From contig JAHILH010000005.1 in the NCBI GenBank assembly GCA_018897195.1, forward strand, positions 128,745 through 192,744: a DNA stretch of 64,000 nucleotides. Reading direction: 5' to 3'. The DNA is from Patescibacteria group bacterium (lineage in GTDB: Bacteria > Patescibacteriota > Patescibacteriia > Patescibacteriales > UBA12075). Position numbers and translations under genes: made by a program. Below are positions 38,958 to 49,176 of the stretch, one piece after another. The notes under the pieces were generated by a model. It did not search any database and was not told where the DNA came from. It worked only from the letters and a program-made list of their open reading frames with translations. Every line of letters starts with the position of its first letter. The first letter of the stretch is position 1.

Positions 38958-40811
38958 CTACTCCACGGTAACACTTTTCGCCAAGTTTCTTGGATTATCA
39001 ACATCTCTACCCAAAATTACCGCCATGTGATAGGCAAATAATTGAGTCACGATGGTTACGAGAATGGGATAAAGAATATCCAATGTTGAAGGGATAAATA
39101 CTACATCATCAACCAATTCAATAATATCCTCATCACCTTCGGTAGCAATAGCAATAATTTTGCCATCACGGGCCTTTATTTCTTTGATACTGCTCTTGTT
39201 TTTTGCATACAGAGCATCACGCGGAATAATTGCCATCGTCGGAAAGTCATTGCAGATTAGAGCAATCGAACCATGTTTCAGTTCTCCAGCCGGATAACCT
39301 TCAGCGTGGATATAAGAAATCTCCTTCAACTTCAAAGCTCCTTCGAGGGCAGTCGGGTAATTAAACCCTCTGCCGATATAAGCAAAGTGTTCTGTTTGAT
39401 TGCCATTTTCAGTTCGGCTATATTTTTGCGCCAAAGCCCTAACGGCATCATTCAGCTCCAGCACAACCTTCACCTTCTCAGGAATACTTTGCAGTTCGTG
39501 AAAGATATTTTGCGCTTCAACCGCTGTCATCTTTCGCTGACGGGCAAGATAAATTGTCACCAAGACCAAAATGGCAACTTGTGACGTAAAGGCCTTTGTT
39601 GAAGCCACTGATATTTCCGGACCAGCATGATTGTGCACACCAGCTTTCACCTCACGATCAATCAACGAGCCAACAACATTTACTATGCCGACTGTTAAGC
39701 AGCCATGCTGATTTGTCTCATTAACAGCAAACAAAGTGTCTGCTGTTTCACCGGACTGGCTAATGACCAATACAAGCGACTTGTCATTCGTAATCATCGG
39801 GCGATAGCGGAATTCCGAAGCAGTAACAGTCTTAACCGGAATGCCCGCAAGGCTTTCAATCATATACTCACCGATTAGACCGGCATGATAAGCCGTGCCA
39901 CAGGCAACGATTAAAATATTATCAACCTCTCTCAGCTGATCATTATTATCCTGAAAGCCACCAAACACCGCTATGCCATCATCCATATTCATCCGCCCGC
40001 GCAAGGCGTTTGTGATTGAATTCGGCTGTTCCATTATTTCTTTGAGCATAAAATGAGGAAAACCACCTTTCTCAATATCGCTAATTTCGAGAGAAGTATG
40101 TTCTGTGTCTCTTTCGACAGAGATGCTATCGAGACTGAAGATTTCATATCTTCCCGCCTCAACAATTGCAATTTCACCGTCCTTGAGACGCAAAATCTTC
40201 CTGGTGTACTGCACAATCGCCTCTTCTCCTGATGCGATAATGCTTTCATTATCACCAACTCCGATTACCACCGGACTGCCGTGCCGAGCTACAAAGATTT
40301 TATCCGGTTCGCCATTGCAAATCATTACGATTGCGTAGGCGCCGACCAAATTCCTAATCGCTTTTCTGAAAGCTGTTGTAATGTCATATTTGACGAGATA
40401 CTCCTCAATCAAATGAGCAATAACTTCCGTATCGGTTTCGCTCACAAAAATATGACCGGCTACTTCGAGCGATTTTTTCAGTTCTTGATAATTTTCAATA
40501 ATACCATTGTGAACTAAAAAAACATTCTTCTTGCAATCAAAATGCGGATGCGCATTTTTTTCTGATGGCGCGCCGTGAGTTGCCCAACGCGTGTGACCGA
40601 CACCAACAAAACCTTCGAGACATCCTTTGATGGTTTCCGTTTTCTTAATAAGACTCGCCACTCGACCAACCTCTTTGACACACTCAATGCCATTCGAAGT
40701 CACAACTGCTAATCCAGCCGAATCATAACCTCGATACTCCAACCTCTTTAATCCATCTAAAATAATTTCACGAGCCTGTCTTGGTCCGATATAACCCACA
40801 ATTCCACACAT
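38958..40811 (-). CDS. glmS: Glutamine--fructose-6-phosphate aminotransferase
   Basis: MCGIVGYIG N-terminus (Cys nucleophile), two SIS domains, C-terminal AKSVTVE. Confidence 0.95.
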   Translation of the reverse strand: MCGIVGYIGPRQAREIILDGLKRLEYRGYDSAGLAVVTSNGIECVKEVGRVASLIKKTETIKGCLEGFVGVGHTRWATHGAPSEKNAHPHFDCKKNVFLVHNGIIENYQELKKSLEVAGHIFVSETDTEVIAHLIEEYLVKYDITTAFRKAIRNLVGAYAIVMICNGEPDKIFVARHGSPVVIGVGDNESIIASGEEAIVQYTRKILRLKDGEIAIVEAGRYEIFSLDSISVERDTEHTSLEISDIEKGGFPHFMLKEIMEQPNSITNALRGRMNMDDGIAVFGGFQDNNDQLREVDNILIVACGTAYHAGLIGEYMIESLAGIPVKTVTASEFRYRPMITNDKSLVLVISQSGETADTLFAVNETNQHGCLTVGIVNVVGSLIDREVKAGVHNHAGPEISVASTKAFTSQVAILVLVTIYLARQRKMTAVEAQNIFHELQSIPEKVKVVLELNDAVRALAQKYSRTENGNQTEHFAYIGRGFNYPTALEGALKLKEISYIHAEGYPAGELKHGSIALICNDFPTMAIIPRDALYAKNKSSIKEIKARDGKIIAIATEGDEDIIELVDDVVFIPSTLDILYPILVTIVTQLFAYHMAVILGRDVDNPRNLAKSVTVE

Positions 40812-41010
40812 AACCATTCTCCTTTTTTTATAATTTCAAAGATCGAAAATTAATTTCTAAAATTCAGTAAAATTTTAAAAACCTCTACTCAAATAATAAA
40901 CTAATACGCAAAAAGGTCAAGCTATTTGGCAAATTATTTCCCAAGCACTCGGGATTGAAATTTCTGCTCAATCAGCTATAATGGAAGGTAATTAATCCTA
41001 AAATTATTTT

Positions 41011-41709
41011 ATGAAAAAATACCTCTTTATTGGCAATTTCAACTTCGACAATAAAACATTAATCATCAAAGATAAAGAATTTACCAACCAAGTTAAAAAT
41101 GTTTTGCGTTTCAAAATCGGCGATACTATTTTCCTGGGCAATGGTCAAAACACAGAAGCTAGAACAGAAATCTTGGAAATAAAAAAGGATGAGGTCGTGG
41201 TTAAAATCATCAGCATTGAAGCGAACAAGAATGAATACACTAAAGACGTCACGCTTTATCTCGCTATTCTAAAAAGAGAAAACTTCGAGCTCGTCATTCA
41301 AAAGGCCACCGAGATCGGCATCAAACAAATCGTCCCCGTCATCAGTGAGCGCACTATCAAAACCGGTCTCAAAACTGAACGCCTCGAAAAAATCATCAAG
41401 GAAGCCAGCGAACAATCCGGCCGCGGCATTCTACCTACCATCACCGAACCAATGAAGTTTAAAGATGCCCTCGCCCACGCCCAAGCCAACCAAGTCAATC
41501 TTTTCTTTCACCTTGACGGCGAAGCGCTAAATAAAATCAAATTGACAGAAAATAAAATCGGCCTCTTTGTCGGCCCCGAAGGCGGCTGGTCTGCTTCTGA
41601 AGTTGCTGAAATAAAAAAAAGCGACACCTTTAAAAAAGTATCGCTTGGCAAGTTAACTCTCCGTGGCGAAACCGCCGCTATCGTCGCCTGCTATTTAGGA
41701 TTACAATAA
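41011..41709 (+). CDS. rsmE: 16S rRNA (uracil1498-N3)-methyltransferase RsmE
   Basis: 232 aa; PUA-like N-terminus, VGPEGGWS and SLGKLTLR motifs. Confidence 0.85.
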   Translation: MKKYLFIGNFNFDNKTLIIKDKEFTNQVKNVLRFKIGDTIFLGNGQNTEARTEILEIKKDEVVVKIISIEANKNEYTKDVTLYLAILKRENFELVIQKATEIGIKQIVPVISERTIKTGLKTERLEKIIKEASEQSGRGILPTITEPMKFKDALAHAQANQVNLFFHLDGEALNKIKLTENKIGLFVGPEGGWSASEVAEIKKSDTFKKVSLGKLTLRGETAAIVACYLGLQ

Positions 41710-41711
41710 AA

Positions 41712-42101
41712 CTAAAAATCAATCTGGTCCTCATTGCCACTTACGTATAACGAAAAACGTGATGCTCTATCTTTGTCATTTGGACTAGTGTCCTTATGTT
41801 CAGTACCGAACAACATTAAACATAACTGATTATGAAATATTCTTCTTTCGCTTTCACTAATTCTTCTAATTCTTGGGACTGTTCTCGCTAATACTGAAAC
41901 ATCAGTGCGAAGAAATTCCTTGGCATAACCTTCGCTAATTGCTACCAATCTATCATAGGCTGGTGTGCCCACGTTGGGCAATTTTGCTTTAATTCCATAT
42001 TTAAGAGCCGCCTCCTCTATAACATCATCCTCAACCTCTACATCATTCTCGGCGTCTACGCCTTTGGGTATTTCTTGTTTAAAATTAAAATTTTCTTTCA
42101 T
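41712..42101 (-). CDS. Hypothetical protein (129 aa)
   Basis: Intact ORF with acidic N-terminus; no recognisable motif. Confidence 0.45.
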   Translation of the reverse strand: MKENFNFKQEIPKGVDAENDVEVEDDVIEEAALKYGIKAKLPNVGTPAYDRLVAISEGYAKEFLRTDVSVLARTVPRIRRISESERRIFHNQLCLMLFGTEHKDTSPNDKDRASRFSLYVSGNEDQIDF

Positions 42102-42109
42102 AAATATTA

Positions 42110-42448
42110 TTACTTAATTAAAAATTGATTTAATAAATAACTAATCACTGACAAAACCATACTAAACAAAACCGCCACCCAAAATCCTTGCACCGCAAAA
42201 CCCTTAATAATACTCGACGCCAATAATACCAACAAGCCATTGATCACAAAAGTAAACAAACCTAAGGTAAAAATATTTATCGGCAAAGTTATCAAAATCA
42301 AAATCGGCCTGATAACTGCATTAATTAAACCCAAAATAAGAGCCACCCACAAAGACGCCCAAAAACTCGCGATTTGAATACCAGGAATTAATTTAGCTGT
42401 GATTATTATCGCCAAGGCGGACAATAACCAACGAAGTAGAATTTGCAT
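42110..42448 (-). CDS. Four-TM membrane protein, phage holin family IV / DUF360-like
   Basis: 112 aa; pattern LIPGI...LINAVIRPIL..LTLP...GLFTFVINGL. Confidence 0.65.
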   Translation of the reverse strand: MQILLRWLLSALAIIITAKLIPGIQIASFWASLWVALILGLINAVIRPILILITLPINIFTLGLFTFVINGLLVLLASSIIKGFAVQGFWVAVLFSMVLSVISYLLNQFLIK

Positions 42449-42545
42449 AAATTTTACAATTTAATTAATTATCTTTATTTAATTATATCATAATAATAAA
42501 AAAAACAAAAAAAGAGAATCTTAATTAAGATTCTCTTTTTATCTG

Positions 42546-42619
42546 TGGGTGAACAAGGATTCGAACCCTGGACCCTCTCGGTGTAAACGAGATGCTCTAA
42601 CCAGCTGAGCTATTCACCC
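42546..42619 (-). tRNA. tRNA-Val (anticodon TAC), CCA not encoded
   Basis: GGGTGAATAGCTCAGCTGGTTAGAGCATCTCGTTTACACCGAGAGGGTCCAGGGTTCGAATCCTTGTTCACCCA. Confidence 0.9.
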
Positions 42620-42626
42620 AAATTTG

Positions 42627-42710
42627 TGTCGCAAAAGGGATTTGAACCCTTACGTCCTTACGGACACCAGCCCCTCAAGCTGACCTGTCTACCAATTCCA
42701 GCACTGCGAC
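42627..42710 (-). tRNA. tRNA-Leu (anticodon GAG), long variable arm, CCA not encoded
   Basis: GTCGCAGTGCTGGAATTGGTAGACAGGTCAGCTTGAGGGGCTGGTGTCCGTAAGGACGTAAGGGTTCAAATCCCTTTTGCGACA. Confidence 0.88.
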
Positions 42711-42770
42711 ATCATCCTAGTAGACCAGATCTATCCAAATTATAACCTATCAACGAAACTAAATCAAATT

Positions 42771-43142
42771 TTATTTCTTAGTAGAAATAATTTTCTCCTT
42801 AAATTTCTTTTTGTAACCATCTCTCAAGAAGTTCAACTTTGCTCTTCTAACTTCAGCAATTCTCTTCACCTCAATCTTTTCGATTGTTGGCAAGTTTAAA
42901 GGGAAGATTTTCTCAACAGCCACGCCGTCAGAAATTTTTCTTACTGTAATTGTGCCACCGATCTCTTTACCATGTTTCATGCCAATAATCATGCCTTCGA
43001 AATACTGAGTTCTTTCTTTTTCCTCACCCTTAGTATTTAATTCTTTGATTTTTTGAAAAACACGAATAGTCATGCCTGGTTTTAATTCCGGGAATTTTTC
43101 GGTTGTTGCCTCTTCTTGAGTTGTTTTTGCATTGTCTGCCAT
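42771..43142 (-). CDS. rplS: 50S ribosomal protein L19
   Basis: RVFQKIKE...RTQYFEGMIIGMKHG...ITVRKIS.GVAVEKIFPLN. Confidence 0.92.
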   Translation of the reverse strand: MADNAKTTQEEATTEKFPELKPGMTIRVFQKIKELNTKGEEKERTQYFEGMIIGMKHGKEIGGTITVRKISDGVAVEKIFPLNLPTIEKIEVKRIAEVRRAKLNFLRDGYKKKFKEKIISTKK

Positions 43143-43409
43143 ATATTTAAAATTAATTTTAGCAATTTATAAAAAGCCAAAGGCTTTTTTGTATGGTTAG
43201 GAGCTAATACTCCATAACCATAAAAATAGAACGCTTGTGTTCTATTGATAATCTCGATATGAATTATAGAATATATATTATAACATTATTCAAAATAAGT
43301 CAAGATTGAAATAATAGTAAATTTCCAAATAATATTTACCCAATATTAGCTAAATAGCAATAAGCCACTCTGGAAAGAATGGCTTATCTTATATTTCACG
43401 AAAATTATC

Positions 43410-43691
43410 TTACGCTGCCTTCAAAGCATCCTTCAAAGTCTTACCAGTCTTAAACTTAGCCACTTTTACCTCTGGAATAGTAATTCGCTCAGTTGGCTTC
43501 TGAGGATTAACACCACCTCTTGCGTGTCTGATTCTTGGTGAGAAAGTACCAAAACCAGTAATAGTCACTTCATTGCCAGCTTTTAGTTCGCTAATAATGA
43601 TATCAACCAAAGAATCAAGCATGCCTTCGGCATCTTTTTTTGAAACGGCTGATTGAGTAGCAATGCGCTCAATTAATGCAGCTTTGTTCAT
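43410..43691 (-). CDS. hup: HU-family DNA-binding protein
   Basis: MNKAALIERIA...GFGTFSPRIRHARGGVNPQ. Confidence 0.92.
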   Translation of the reverse strand: MNKAALIERIATQSAVSKKDAEGMLDSLVDIIISELKAGNEVTITGFGTFSPRIRHARGGVNPQKPTERITIPEVKVAKFKTGKTLKDALKAA

Positions 43692-43840
43692 ATTTTTATA
43701 TAAGTAAGGATAATAAGAAGATTAAGATATCAACCTATATTATTCCTACTATTAATTAACGATTTTAATTACTTAATAGCAGTATAACAAATAATAAAAA
43801 AGTATGCAAATAAATATACTAATGTTTGCACAAATAAAAA

Positions 43841-43861
43841 AGATAGCCATGATGGCTATCT
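43841..43861. terminator. Hairpin terminator downstream of rny
   Basis: agatagccat-g-atggctatct flanked by A6/T7. Confidence 0.7.
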
Positions 43862-43882
43862 TTTTTTGTTCAATAAATAATT

Positions 43883-45400
43883 TTAGCGTGCGTATTCAGT
43901 TACTTTCATTTCTCTAATCACGGTTACTTTAATTTCACCCGGGTATTTCAAGTCTGATTCAATCTTCTTGGCCACGTCACGAGCTAGGTCATGCGCTTGT
44001 AGGTCATTGATATCTTCTGGTGTTACAAACACTCTTACTTCACGTCCAGCTTGAATCGCGTAGGTTTTCTCAACGCCTGCAAAGCCATTAGCAATGTTTT
44101 CCAATTCTTCTAAGCGTTGCAAATATCTTTCATATGAATCGCTACGGGCGCCTGGGCGCGCTGAGGAGATGGCATCCGCTACTTTCACAATCACAGAGAT
44201 CAAACCTCTTGGCTTATCATCATGATGAGTTTCAATCGGATCAATAATCTCTTGTGGCAGACCGAACTTCTTGGCAATATCGCGACCGATTTCAGGATGA
44301 GTTCCCTTCACTTCGTGGTCAACTGCCTTACCAATATCATGTAAAAGACCACCTTTCTTCGCCAAAGTCACATCTGCTCCCAATTCCTCTGCAATCATCG
44401 CTGATAGGTGGGCCACTTCAAGTGAATGGCGCAAAGCATTTTGTCCATAACTGGAACGATATTTCAAGCGACCAATAACTTGTACCAATTTTGGATCGAA
44501 GCCAGTGACGCCGATTTCAAACAAAGCATCTTCGCCGGCTTTCTTGATATCCATTGCCAAACCTTTCTTCGCTTCTTCGATTGCTTCTTCAATCTTGGTT
44601 GGATGAATACGACCGTCAAGAATTAAATAATCCAAAGCGCGTTTCGCAATGTGACGACGAATACCAGAAAAACCAGAAATCGTAATTACATTTGGCGTAT
44701 CATCAACGACAATTTCCGTACCGGTCAATTGTTCGATCACTTTAATATTACGACCTTCACGACCGATGACGCGTCCCTTCATTTCATCACTCGGCAATTC
44801 TACTATCGTGGTAGTAATTTCCGGAGTAAACTTCGACACCAATCTCTGCATCGAGCTCGCCATAATTTCCTTGGCCTTCACTTCCCAAACGTCAGAGGCA
44901 TCATTTTCCAATTTGCGCATACGAGACAATAACTCATCCTGCACCTTTTCTTCAATATTCTTCAAAAGAATTTCTTTAGCCTCTTCATTGCTTAAACCAG
45001 CGATTTGTTGCAATTTATCTAGTTGCTCTTGTCTAATTTCTTTGATTTTCTCCTTAGCCTCTTCTACTTTAGCCACTTTGTCATAAAGACTTTGTTGCTT
45101 GCTTTCTAGTTCTAATAATTTTTGCGAGAATAGGTTTTCTCTTTTCTCTAAACGACCCTGTAGGTCATTCATATCCTGACGACGCTTTTTCTCATCTTGT
45201 TTAGCATCCTCAATAATCTTTAAGGCTTTTTCCTGAGCATGCAATAGCACCTCACTTTGTTTTGCCTTCGCCTCGGAAACAATTTTCTCAACATGCTCCT
45301 CGGCATTCTTCTGAGCGGTTGTTGCTTTTTGTTGACGAAACCAAGAGCCAACAAAAAAAGCACCCACAATCAGAACTACCGAAATTAAATATACTTCCAT
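43883..45400 (-). CDS. rny: Ribonuclease Y
   Basis: N-terminal TM helix, coiled coil, KH domain, HD domain GLLHDIGKA. Confidence 0.93.
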   Translation of the reverse strand: MEVYLISVVLIVGAFFVGSWFRQQKATTAQKNAEEHVEKIVSEAKAKQSEVLLHAQEKALKIIEDAKQDEKKRRQDMNDLQGRLEKRENLFSQKLLELESKQQSLYDKVAKVEEAKEKIKEIRQEQLDKLQQIAGLSNEEAKEILLKNIEEKVQDELLSRMRKLENDASDVWEVKAKEIMASSMQRLVSKFTPEITTTIVELPSDEMKGRVIGREGRNIKVIEQLTGTEIVVDDTPNVITISGFSGIRRHIAKRALDYLILDGRIHPTKIEEAIEEAKKGLAMDIKKAGEDALFEIGVTGFDPKLVQVIGRLKYRSSYGQNALRHSLEVAHLSAMIAEELGADVTLAKKGGLLHDIGKAVDHEVKGTHPEIGRDIAKKFGLPQEIIDPIETHHDDKPRGLISVIVKVADAISSARPGARSDSYERYLQRLEELENIANGFAGVEKTYAIQAGREVRVFVTPEDINDLQAHDLARDVAKKIESDLKYPGEIKVTVIREMKVTEYAR

Positions 45401-45811
45401 ATTCGATATTATTCTATTGCTCGGGGGCTTTATCAGAAGAGATTAGGTTTATTTGAAGTCAAACAAAAATCACCAAAATATTATTTGGTTTGCATTTTTT
45501 TCAGTATTCTACCGTTGTTTTTGTTATTAAATGAAGTGTAATTTCTCATCATTTTTTTTCTAACTTTAAATACTTTTAACCCAATATACCACCGTTCTCG
45601 CCTCCCCTCACAATCAGAATTTATAAATTATTTATTTATAATCAAATCCTAACATAAAGATTTGTTCTTGTAAAGTTGCTAATCTTGACTAAATACCTAA
45701 TATAACTTAAAGTCTTTATATGCTCCTTTAAATAAAATTTATATGCGAAATTAAAAAACCATTATATCCTTAAACATCATCTTTATCAACCATAAACTTA
45801 AAGGATAAACC

Positions 45812-46081
45812 ATGTCTTATTCAGAATTGGGTGAGGTAGTGGCACAAGTATGTGGCGGAAAACCGTGGAGTGATTGCTGGTGTGGCGCAAAGGAGAGGAG
45901 TGGTGGTTGTCGCAATTGTCAAACTTATCAGCTCATGTATGGCCTTGGACCGACTTGTGGCGATGACGGAAAACCAACAAAATACATAGCATCGCGAAAC
46001 GGTTCTTTTACTATCACAGATGAAGAATTAATAAAATTAGTAGAAACTCAGAAAAGGATGAAAACGAAGGGATATAAATAA
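45812..46081 (+). CDS. Small Cys-rich hypothetical protein (89 aa)
   Basis: Six Cys in the first 50 aa (C14, C22, C24, C33, C36, C49); AAAGGA SD-like; followed by a terminator. Confidence 0.5.
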   Translation: MSYSELGEVVAQVCGGKPWSDCWCGAKERSGGCRNCQTYQLMYGLGPTCGDDGKPTKYIASRNGSFTITDEELIKLVETQKRMKTKGYK

Positions 46082-46095
46082 ATTGCAAACCAAAA

Positions 46096-46116
46096 AGCCG
46101 ATCATTATGACCGGCT
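46096..46116. terminator. Weak bidirectional hairpin between convergent genes
   Basis: agccg-n11-cggct flanked by A5/T7. Confidence 0.45.
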
Positions 46117-46133
46117 TTTTTTAATTCGTATTT

Positions 46134-47912
46134 TTAAAAACTGCCCAAGTAATCCCGTTTTGGCAATTCTCTTTTCTTCGGACGATTGACATTGGTCAAA
46201 CAAATATCACATTTCTCACAAACAGCCGCGTCTTTATCGCCAAAATAATTCAAAATATATTTTTGCCGACATTGGTAGGAATGGACATAGCTTTCCATTT
46301 TGTCTAATTTTTCGTAAGCACGGTCTTTTTTCTCTTTCATTGCCGTAGTATCTATATCAATTTCGTAGGGATCCATTCTTTTCAGAATCTTGATCTCCGT
46401 ACCTCGAAAAGGTGGGGTGTATTCCATGATTCCCAGTTCGGTCATTTTTTTGATAAATCTAGTTAAAGCGTCTTTTTTGATTTCCAAAAAATCTGCCATT
46501 TCTACGATGCTGATTTCCGCGCCCTCTTTTAAATCATCTTGATATTTTGCGCGAATCTTCTGAAACATTTCTAACGGCTTTTTTGAGCGCGTGCCAAATC
46601 GTTTCAAGGCCTCTTCGTCTTCGACTAATAATTTAAAATACGCATTAGTTTGTTTTTCTTTTGATTTAAAAATCAGACCTTCTTTTTCCAAAATCTTAAT
46701 ACTTGTGCCCACCGCCATTTCCGGCATATTTTCGGATAACATCTTTCCTAGTTCGCTATATGTAATCAAAACCGAATCAGTTTCGTGATTTAATAAGACA
46801 CTGTAAATTTCTGAGATCATATTTACGGGCGGATTGTCGCCTTTGATAAAAAATTCGTGCAGATGTCGATCGCGTGAGTTATAAAGAAGTAAACAAAAAC
46901 TTGGCTTGCCGTCTCGTCCGGCTCGACCCGCTTCTTGATAATAAGCCTCGACGGTGCCAGGCATATCATAATGAATCACAAAACGCGTATCCGACTTGTC
47001 AATTCCCAAACCAAAAGCATTTGTCGCCACAATCACCTTTGTTGAGCCAGTCATGAAACCATCCTGCACCATCTTGCGCTCTGCTGCTTCCATGCCCGCA
47101 TGATAACCTGCCGCGTCAATATCATTTTCTAATAAAGCCTGGACCACTGCATCCGCGCGTGCTCGCGTACTCACATAAACAATCCCCACGCCCTCAGTTA
47201 AATTCATCGCCGCATCAATAACATATTGCGTCTTTTCACCCTCACTCGCCTTCGCCACGCCAAATTGCAAATTCGGGCGCGCAAACCCAGTCACAATCAT
47301 CTCCGGATCAGTCAATCCCAATTGCTTCACAATATCGCCCTTCACCTCTGGCGTCGCCGTCGCCGTCAAAGCCACCACGGTCGGATGATTCATCAGTTCA
47401 ATAGCCCTTTGCAAACGCGTATAGCTCGGACGGAAATCATGTCCCCACTGACTAATACAGTGCGCTTCATCAATCGCAAACAAAGATACTTTAATTTCCG
47501 ACAAAGCCTTCACAAAAGCCTGATCATAAAAACGCTCCGGGGCAATATACAAAAGTTTTATAAATCCTTGCTTAATATCATCCAATCGTTTCAAACTCTC
47601 CGCCTGGTTAATCGTCGAATTAATAAAAGTCGCCGGAATCCCGACCGTCTGCAAACTATCGACCTGGTCTTTCATCAAAGAAATAAGAGGAGACACCACA
47701 ATCGTCGCGCCCTCCAAAACCAAAGCCGGTAATTGATAAATCAAAGACTTACCCCCACCAGTCGGCATAATCACAATCGTATTCTTCCCCTGCAAAATAG
47801 CATCAATCGCCTTTTCTTGACCCGGACGAAATTTATCAAAACCATAGTGTAACTTCAAAAGCTCTTGCACTTGTTGTTTGTTATTTTTAAATTGAGTACT
47901 TGTTTCTTGCAT
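46134..47912 (-). CDS. recQ: ATP-dependent DNA helicase RecQ
   Basis: [25 protein letters not shown] Zn-binding Cys cluster; 592 aa. Confidence 0.93.
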   Translation of the reverse strand: MQETSTQFKNNKQQVQELLKLHYGFDKFRPGQEKAIDAILQGKNTIVIMPTGGGKSLIYQLPALVLEGATIVVSPLISLMKDQVDSLQTVGIPATFINSTINQAESLKRLDDIKQGFIKLLYIAPERFYDQAFVKALSEIKVSLFAIDEAHCISQWGHDFRPSYTRLQRAIELMNHPTVVALTATATPEVKGDIVKQLGLTDPEMIVTGFARPNLQFGVAKASEGEKTQYVIDAAMNLTEGVGIVYVSTRARADAVVQALLENDIDAAGYHAGMEAAERKMVQDGFMTGSTKVIVATNAFGLGIDKSDTRFVIHYDMPGTVEAYYQEAGRAGRDGKPSFCLLLYNSRDRHLHEFFIKGDNPPVNMISEIYSVLLNHETDSVLITYSELGKMLSENMPEMAVGTSIKILEKEGLIFKSKEKQTNAYFKLLVEDEEALKRFGTRSKKPLEMFQKIRAKYQDDLKEGAEISIVEMADFLEIKKDALTRFIKKMTELGIMEYTPPFRGTEIKILKRMDPYEIDIDTTAMKEKKDRAYEKLDKMESYVHSYQCRQKYILNYFGDKDAAVCEKCDICLTNVNRPKKRELPKRDYLGSF

Positions 47913-47955
47913 TTTTACAATTTAGCAAGAATCGTGGTTAAAGTCAAAATAATAT

Positions 47956-47997
47956 GTCATTCTGGAACGAAGCGTAGGCGGAGTGATAGAATCTTCG
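47956..47997 (+). repeat. Repeat family 3 (GTCATTCTGGAA...GATAGAATCTTC)
   Basis: gtcattctggaacgaagcgtaggcggagtgatagaatcttcg. Confidence 0.85.
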
Positions 47998-48005
47998 CAT
48001 TTTTT

Positions 48006-48029
48006 CCCTCTCCTGCCGGGGCGAGGGAG
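48006..48029 (+). repeat. Short family 1 repeat
   Basis: ccctctcctgccggggcgagggag. Confidence 0.8.
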
Positions 48030-48098
48030 TATAATAACCATATATTTTCTAAATAAAAAAATCCCCAAGTCTTTTCAACTTAGGGATTAACGAAGATT

Positions 48099-48911
48099 TC
48101 ACAAATCTTGAAAAATGCTTTTTCCAAGCGTGTGTCTATATTCAGGCCACGGGTCAAATTTTTCTTCAGCACCGAGAATAATAAATTCTTCACCGCAGGG
48201 ATAATGACACATCAACTTGACATTGCCGGACTCATCTATATCATGACGCGAAACATTTCTTTTTCCACTACACCTTGGGCATTCAATTTCAACAAACAAA
48301 ACTGGAAAATGAGGCTTGCCATCCCTGAATGGATATTTAGGAAATGATCCCTCTTTTAAGTTCATGAAATTAAAATTCTCGTGATTAATATGATTTGCCA
48401 TATTAATTATTGTGCCCATCTCATAGTTCGGAAAAATACCAGACGGTAAATCGTAACCCAACACTCTTTGAATAAAAGAGGCTAATCTGCTTGCTCCGGC
48501 AGACGGCGCATCCATATTCAGAGATATATCGGCTGCATAACTGGATTTTACAATTTCTAAATCCGTGCCGCCACCCCATACTATGGGATAAACAATAATT
48601 TTTCCCTCTTTTTTTACTTCGCTAACAAATTGCATTACTTCTTCTACATTCTGAGCAGGTGCCCCCGACAATATTAAAAATATTGCGACAAGATTTTCTG
48701 AACCTGTGAGCATCTCTTCGACGTGGCGCTTAACAGTATCCAAAACTTCGTTAAAATCAAGACACTTTTCGCCAGAATAATCAAAATACATTGGAGCATA
48801 GCCATTTGCGTTGTATTCATTACCAAATTCATCAAAGTCACGATGAACCATGGATCGCGAACCAAGCAATAAAGGCAATGCCAATACTTTCTCACTCTCA
48901 CTATTTTCCAT
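48099..48911 (-). CDS. Hypothetical protein; possible vWA-like fold with degenerate MIDAS plus C-terminal Cys4 zinc ribbon
   Basis: GGAGG SD before ATG 48911; beta-strand pattern VLALPLLLGSRSM / VAIFLILSGAP / IVYPIVWGGGTD; CPRC...CHYPC. Confidence 0.6.
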   Translation of the reverse strand: MENSESEKVLALPLLLGSRSMVHRDFDEFGNEYNANGYAPMYFDYSGEKCLDFNEVLDTVKRHVEEMLTGSENLVAIFLILSGAPAQNVEEVMQFVSEVKKEGKIIVYPIVWGGGTDLEIVKSSYAADISLNMDAPSAGASRLASFIQRVLGYDLPSGIFPNYEMGTIINMANHINHENFNFMNLKEGSFPKYPFRDGKPHFPVLFVEIECPRCSGKRNVSRHDIDESGNVKLMCHYPCGEEFIILGAEEKFDPWPEYRHTLGKSIFQDL

Positions 48912-49006
48912 TTTTTCCTCCAAAGATCTTTATTATTGATAAAATGAGCAATGTTTTAATTAAATGAAATATACCCACTATATATCAAAAAGTCAAGCTA
49001 TAGTCT

Positions 49007-49124
49007 GTCATTCTGGAAGGAGTGAAACGACTGATAGAATCTTCCGATGTTTAAAAGTAGAATATTTTATAATCTTTCTTTTTTTTAAACAGTTGAAGAT
49101 TCTATCGCTTCGCTCCAGAATGAC
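49007..49124. repeat. MITE-like unit: inverted pair of family 3 repeats around a 48-bp AT-rich core
   Basis: 49007-49046 gtcattctggaaggagtgaaacgactgatagaatcttccg; 49095-49124 is the reverse complement of gtcattctggagcgaagcgatagaatcttc. Confidence 0.8.
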
Positions 49125-49176
49125 AAACAAAAAATCCCCATTCATTACAAACAGGGATTTTAAAATCTTCAATTAT

